DNA of 64,000 nt, taken from contig NC_069007.1 in assembly GCF_001194135.2 (NCBI RefSeq), positions 10,697,298 to 10,761,297 on the forward strand. The letters run 5' to 3'. This document shows positions 59,240-64,000 of the stretch, in pieces. The notes beneath the pieces were generated by a model. It searched no databases. It was not told the DNA's origin and saw only the letters and a list, made by a program, of their open reading frames with translations. How positions within the stretch are numbered: position 1 is the stretch's first letter; each line of letters starts with the position of its first letter. The DNA comes from Octopus bimaculoides. Its lineage: Eukaryota. The position numbers and the translations under genes are program-made.

Positions 59240-59555
59240 GTGCCGGTGGCACATAAAAAATACCATTCAAACGTGATCAATGCCAGTGCTGCCTGAATGG
59301 TCCCGTGCCGGTGGTATGTAAAAAGCACCATTCAAGCATGGTCGATGCTAGTGCTAGCAGACTGGTTCTGTGCTGGTGGCACATAAAAAGCACTCACTAC
59401 ACTCTCGGAATGGTTGGTGTTAGGAAGGGCATCCAGCTGTAGAAACTTTGCCAGGTCGGATTGGAGCCCGGTGCCGCCTTCTGGTTTGCCAGCCCTCAGT
59501 CAAACTGTCCAACCCATGCCAGCATGGAAAGTGGACGTTAAACGATGATGATGAT
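59240..59555 (+). mobile_element. SINE-like family C with three ~65-bp internal modules
   Basis: GTGC(C/T)GGTGG...TAAAAA.(T/C)AC repeated three times; (GAT)n tail. Confidence 0.88.
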
Positions 59556-60676
59556 CAAGATAATTAGCATTGGTCATTTACAGTTGACATCAGCAATAAT
59601 TACTGACTGAGAGAGAGAGATACTGCTCTGAAGTTACAGAAAGCTATTAGTATGGCAACATGTGGTTGGCCCAAGGTGTCTGAAAACAAGTATGCTACAT
59701 TCATGGCTACAGAGGTTTGATGTGCTAGAAAATGCACCCAAATCTCCCACTTTAACATTAGTGAATAAATGCTCTGATTCAATTACATACTCTCTTATCA
59801 AACAACAACAACACAAACATGAACAGCAGTAACATAGAGAGTTAAGCCAAAGACTGGGAATCCTGGATGTTTAAAACCAAAATCCAAAATGTTGTTTGAA
59901 GAAAAATGTTGGCATGAAAATTTACTACCGTTTTTCAGAAAACAAAAGTTGATAGGAAGTACTCATTGCAATGAATATAGCATTATTAGATTTATTGGAA
60001 CAAGAATGGCAGCCACATTGGAGCCTTTTAAATGTAAAATAAGCAATAAAAATGAAATTTCATGAAGATCTATTCAAATTGGAATCCAGATTTATTTCAT
60101 ACCAAACAAGATGGTCCTCAGGTTTTGGTTACACAAAAACACAAGGCCAAACCTCGTGCTGGCTTATGAGATTCGTTTACTATGGTCTTGGCAGATATCT
60201 ATGACAATTGGCAGCATTCGCAGGGCTGTTAGCTGGAGAATTTGTATATCTGTAACAACAGATCTATGAGTCACACCTCCTCGTACAACTTGTGGCTACT
60301 GGAATACCATAGGTTCGTTAGTCAGAGCTGACGTCAGGTTACACAATACCAACAATAAGTGATGAAAACAAGGGAGACGCTTTGTAGGCACAGGGTCTGC
60401 TAGAGACAGCAGCCAAATCTCCATCCAATCACACTCTAGCAGCTTAAATATTAAAAGCCCCATTGGCTAATGACTGAATAAAAAAAATGATCCTCACAAC
60501 TGACTTGAGGCTACATAACAACACTGCCCTACACCTCTTTACATTCCTCTTTGGATAAAATAGTCCAGGACAGAGAACGCTTGAAGGAAGGTCATGTTTA
60601 AGTTACCTCTGAATAATTTTTTGGTTTTTCTGCGTATGTGAGGAAGAAACTTATTCTTTTCATAAGGATCAGAAAT

Positions 60677-60764
60677 GTAAGTATTTGGGGTTTTTTTTTT
60701 TGGTACTAATTTACTTGTTCTTTTAATTCTCCTTTTAAAATCTGTTATTTTTTTCTTCTTTCAG
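60677..60764 (+). other. Candidate 88-nt intron upstream of the TMEM69 CDS
   Basis: GTAAGT donor, TACTAAT branch-like site (~60704), pyrimidine tract and TTTCAG acceptor. Confidence 0.6.
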
Positions 60765-61417
60765 ATGTTAAGCTTAAGAACTTAAAAATGAAGGAAGAAG
60801 CCTCAACCAATCGTGTTTGCTCCAAGGCACATTGAATTCTAATACCAGTCACTAGAATTGTATTCAATTTAGGGATCATTTATTTTTTTTTAAAGTTTAA
60901 TAACACTCTTTATATTCCTTGCACTATTTTCCAGACTTTGACATTAAACTACAGCAGTATTATGCAAATTTATGGTCCATTCTGACACAACTATTTTATT
61001 AATCAAGAATTCATTACTTACACATCACTCTCTTTCATAATTAATTGAATTAGCTGTTAATCTCTGATCTCAGAATTGAGTTGAATTCTTGATCAAACCG
61101 TTGATATAAACAGAAAAAACAAACAAAAACTTTTTAAAAACTGTTATCAGTGCTCCAATGAATATTATTCAGTACCTAAAATTAGAATAGTGATTTGACA
61201 GAGAACACAGAGTATCAACCAGTTTAATATTATGCAATATTTTAGTTCAGTCGCTCTATAGAAAACAAATATTTTGCCGTATACTAAAGGGTGATTCAGT
61301 TGTTCATTTGCTCATACTGTTGCAGAAATTGACTTTTTTTTGCTTAATCAAAAAAAAAAAAAAAATAATAAATATATTAATTAATTGTAATTGAGCCATT
61401 TGTAGAGGTGTCCAAAA

Positions 61418-62269
61418 ATGTTGGCGTCCAGCGCTGGTCATGCTTGGAAATTTATGCTTCCTTTGTTAACCACATGTCGTTATCATCATTGTTTGGTATT
61501 GCCTAAACCTTTGTCCAGAATTGGCAAGCCTTCCATCACTGACAAATGCCTGGTCAGAATTAAAACGTTTTTTAATCCACTGTCAGAAAATTTTAGAAAA
61601 ACTTCTACCTCTGCTTCCAACTGTAGTCTTTTAAAATGTTCCTCAGGACCGTTGTCTTGTCAGCTGTCTCCTGCGTATACGTCATCACCTGTTATGTCCT
61701 GGAAATCCCTTGAATGTCGACATGCATCCACTGATTCTACAAAAAATGAAGACAAATTTAAGATTATAATGGCAACATCTATATTAAAAGAACTCAGACA
61801 TGCTCCTACACCTGCTCTAGTTCTCGGAATCTCAGGACTTATACCTTTTGTGTCGTTCCCCGTTTATATGTTTATGTCCGATGTTTACATGCCTGAAATG
61901 GCTTTAGCTCAAGCTACGTATGGTGCTGTGATTTTGTCATTTCTTGGAGGTGTCAGGTGGGGCACTGCTATTTCGTATAGCAGCATCATCAAACCAGACT
62001 GGAATAACTTAGGCCAGGCTGTGGTGCCTTCCCTGGCTGGTTGGTCAGCAATTCAGCTATCTTGCCCTGCTTCAACAATGATACTGGCTGGTGGCTTTGC
62101 TTGCCTTGCCTACTATGACATGGCTTTTACACCATATCTACCTTGGTTCAGAGCCTTGCGGTTGTTTCTCAGTGGCATCGCTGTGTTGGCACTGTGCAGT
62201 GACCTACTGTGTTACTTGATTCTGCTTTCAAGTGCTGACAAAGCAAAGCGAGAAAGCCAAACTTGCTAG
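61418..62269 (+). CDS. TMEM69: Transmembrane protein 69 (DUF3429 family), 283 aa, single coding exon
   Basis: PALVLGISGLIPF, YGAVILSFLGGVRWG, PWFRALR motifs; basic/Ser-rich N-terminus resembling a mitochondrial presequence; acceptor TTTGTAG just upstream; AATAAA at 62606. Confidence 0.92.
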   Translation: MLASSAGHAWKFMLPLLTTCRYHHCLVLPKPLSRIGKPSITDKCLVRIKTFFNPLSENFRKTSTSASNCSLLKCSSGPLSCQLSPAYTSSPVMSWKSLECRHASTDSTKNEDKFKIIMATSILKELRHAPTPALVLGISGLIPFVSFPVYMFMSDVYMPEMALAQATYGAVILSFLGGVRWGTAISYSSIIKPDWNNLGQAVVPSLAGWSAIQLSCPASTMILAGGFACLAYYDMAFTPYLPWFRALRLFLSGIAVLALCSDLLCYLILLSSADKAKRESQTC

Positions 62270-62746
62270 TGAATGTGAAAATGATTCCTCCCACCCATTT
62301 AGGAGCCACTCCCTAAATGTTTAACTGAATTTTGTTTTGGGTCAAGATTATCATCTGTGATGGTGCCTTTACTGAGTTGAGTCCATGTTGTGTTCTTCCC
62401 CATTTCTTAAATAATGTGTTATGTTTGTGTATAGATGTGAACAGCAAATTGCTCAGGTGTAAGGGAAGCCTTTACTACTTTTCCTTGTGTGTGTGTGTGT
62501 GTGTGTATGTATCTTATTTTCCAAGCGTTATCTCTGTATTTATATGTGTGTATACACTCAATTATTTGAAATTGAGACTTCTCTCTCACTACTCTGAGTT
62601 TTTTGAATAAATGATTAAACTCTGGCATATTGAGTCTTTTTCCTCCATCATCTGGAAATTTAAATGCTTGCACACACACACACACACACACACACACAGA
62701 TCCCTGTATATAATATATGTAGATGTAGGTATTTTCTTTTTAAAGG

Positions 62747-62972
62747 AGCACTCCGTCGGTTATGGCAAGGGTTCCATTTGATCCGATCAACGGAACAGCC
62801 TGCTCGTGAAATTAACGTGCAAGTGGCTGAGCATTCCACAGACATGTGTACCCTTAACGTAGTTCTTGGGGATATTCAGCGTGACACAGTGTGACAAGGT
62901 TGGCCTTTTGAAATACAGGTACTACTCATTTTTGCCAGCTGAGTGGACTGGAGCAACATGAAATAAAGTGTC
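62747..62972 (-). mobile_element. SINE family D, 3' part (runs into the gap)
   Basis: Reverse complement match to 37300-37540. Confidence 0.88.
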
Positions 62973-63424
62973 NNNNNNNNNNNNNNNNNNNNNNNNNNNN
63001 NNNNNNNNNNNNNNNNNNNNNNNNNNNNNNNNNNNNNNNNNNNNNNNNNNNNNNNNNNNNNNNNNNNNNNNNNNNNNNNNNNNNNNNNNNNNNNNNNNNN
63101 NNNNNNNNNNNNNNNNNNNNNNNNNNNNNNNNNNNNNNNNNNNNNNNNNNNNNNNNNNNNNNNNNNNNNNNNNNNNNNNNNNNNNNNNNNNNNNNNNNNN
63201 NNNNNNNNNNNNNNNNNNNNNNNNNNNNNNNNNNNNNNNNNNNNNNNNNNNNNNNNNNNNNNNNNNNNNNNNNNNNNNNNNNNNNNNNNNNNNNNNNNNN
63301 NNNNNNNNNNNNNNNNNNNNNNNNNNNNNNNNNNNNNNNNTATTTGGTTGATTAAAAATGTAATGGCAAGTATTTATTGACCTTTTTCTTTCCTTTAAAA
63401 ATCAGCATGAACTTTCCGGATAAC

Positions 63425-63462
<38 letters not shown>

Positions 63463-63469
63463 GCATGTG

Positions 63470-63600
63470 TGTAAAATGGTTGATGTTAGGAAGGGCATCC
63501 AGCCGTAGAAACCAAATTAAATCAGACTGAAACCAGCTCTGGTCAAACTGTCCAACCCATGCCAGCATGGAAAATGGATGATGATGATGATAGTGACGAT
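63470..63600 (+). mobile_element. SINE-like family C, 3' part
   Basis: GTTAGGAAGGGCATCCAGC...CCAACCCATGCCAGCATGG(GAT)n. Confidence 0.8.
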
Positions 63601-63736
63601 GATATAGGTATATATGCGAGTATCAAAATGGTATAGGTGACTCTATTTCAACCAGCTTTAACAGGCTTAGGGGTGCGAGGGGATCTATTTTAAAACGGGG
63701 GCCACATTTTTCATTAATGTTTTACGNNNNNNNNNN

Positions 63737-63840
63737 AATAAAGTGTCTTGCTCAAGGACACAATGCGTCACCAGGAATTGAACTCACGGCCTTACAATTG
63801 TGAGCTAAATGCCCTAACCACTAAGCCATGTGCCTTCACA
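63737..63840 (-). mobile_element. SINE family D head
   Basis: Sense GGCACATGGCTTAGTGGTTAGG...GAGTTCAATTCC. Confidence 0.85.
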
Positions 63841-64000
63841 TGTTGTGTGTGTGTGTATGTATGTATATTAGGTTGTCTGGAAAGTTTGTGCCGATTTATT
63901 TGCTATGAAACCACCCCAATTCTGGGAAGAGGGTATTTTCAAGTTAAAGGAAAGATGGAGACGCATTGTGCAACAAAATGGTTCATATTTGGTTGATTTA

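Overview
Eukaryotic, AT-rich, repeat-dense scaffold with N gaps (e.g. 2649-3358, 4417-5076, 6109-6261, 22287-22757, 25384-25604, 30645-30734, 52868-52988, 62973-63340). The repeat families and the tandem C2H2 array suggest an octopod cephalopod (inference). Three host genes are supported: a three-coding-exon ORMDL on the minus strand (reconstructed 153 aa), a single-exon-CDS TMEM69 on the plus strand, and a tandem C2H2 zinc-finger ORF that runs into a gap. The rest is mobile DNA: several tRNA-headed SINE families, RTE LINE remnants, a Mag-like Gypsy element lacking RT/RNase H, Tc1/mariner and hAT remnants and MITEs, a Penelope RT fragment, and an intact ORF1-only (HAL1/Tx1-like) element with a TSD. 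The most striking unannotated signal is a set of minimal type I hammerhead-ribozyme motifs in about six unrelated small repeat families. One is carried by a tRNA-headed SINE, and two occur as head-to-head foldback pairs in which only one arm keeps an intact catalytic core. All folds were derived by eye, and no ribozyme activity has been shown.
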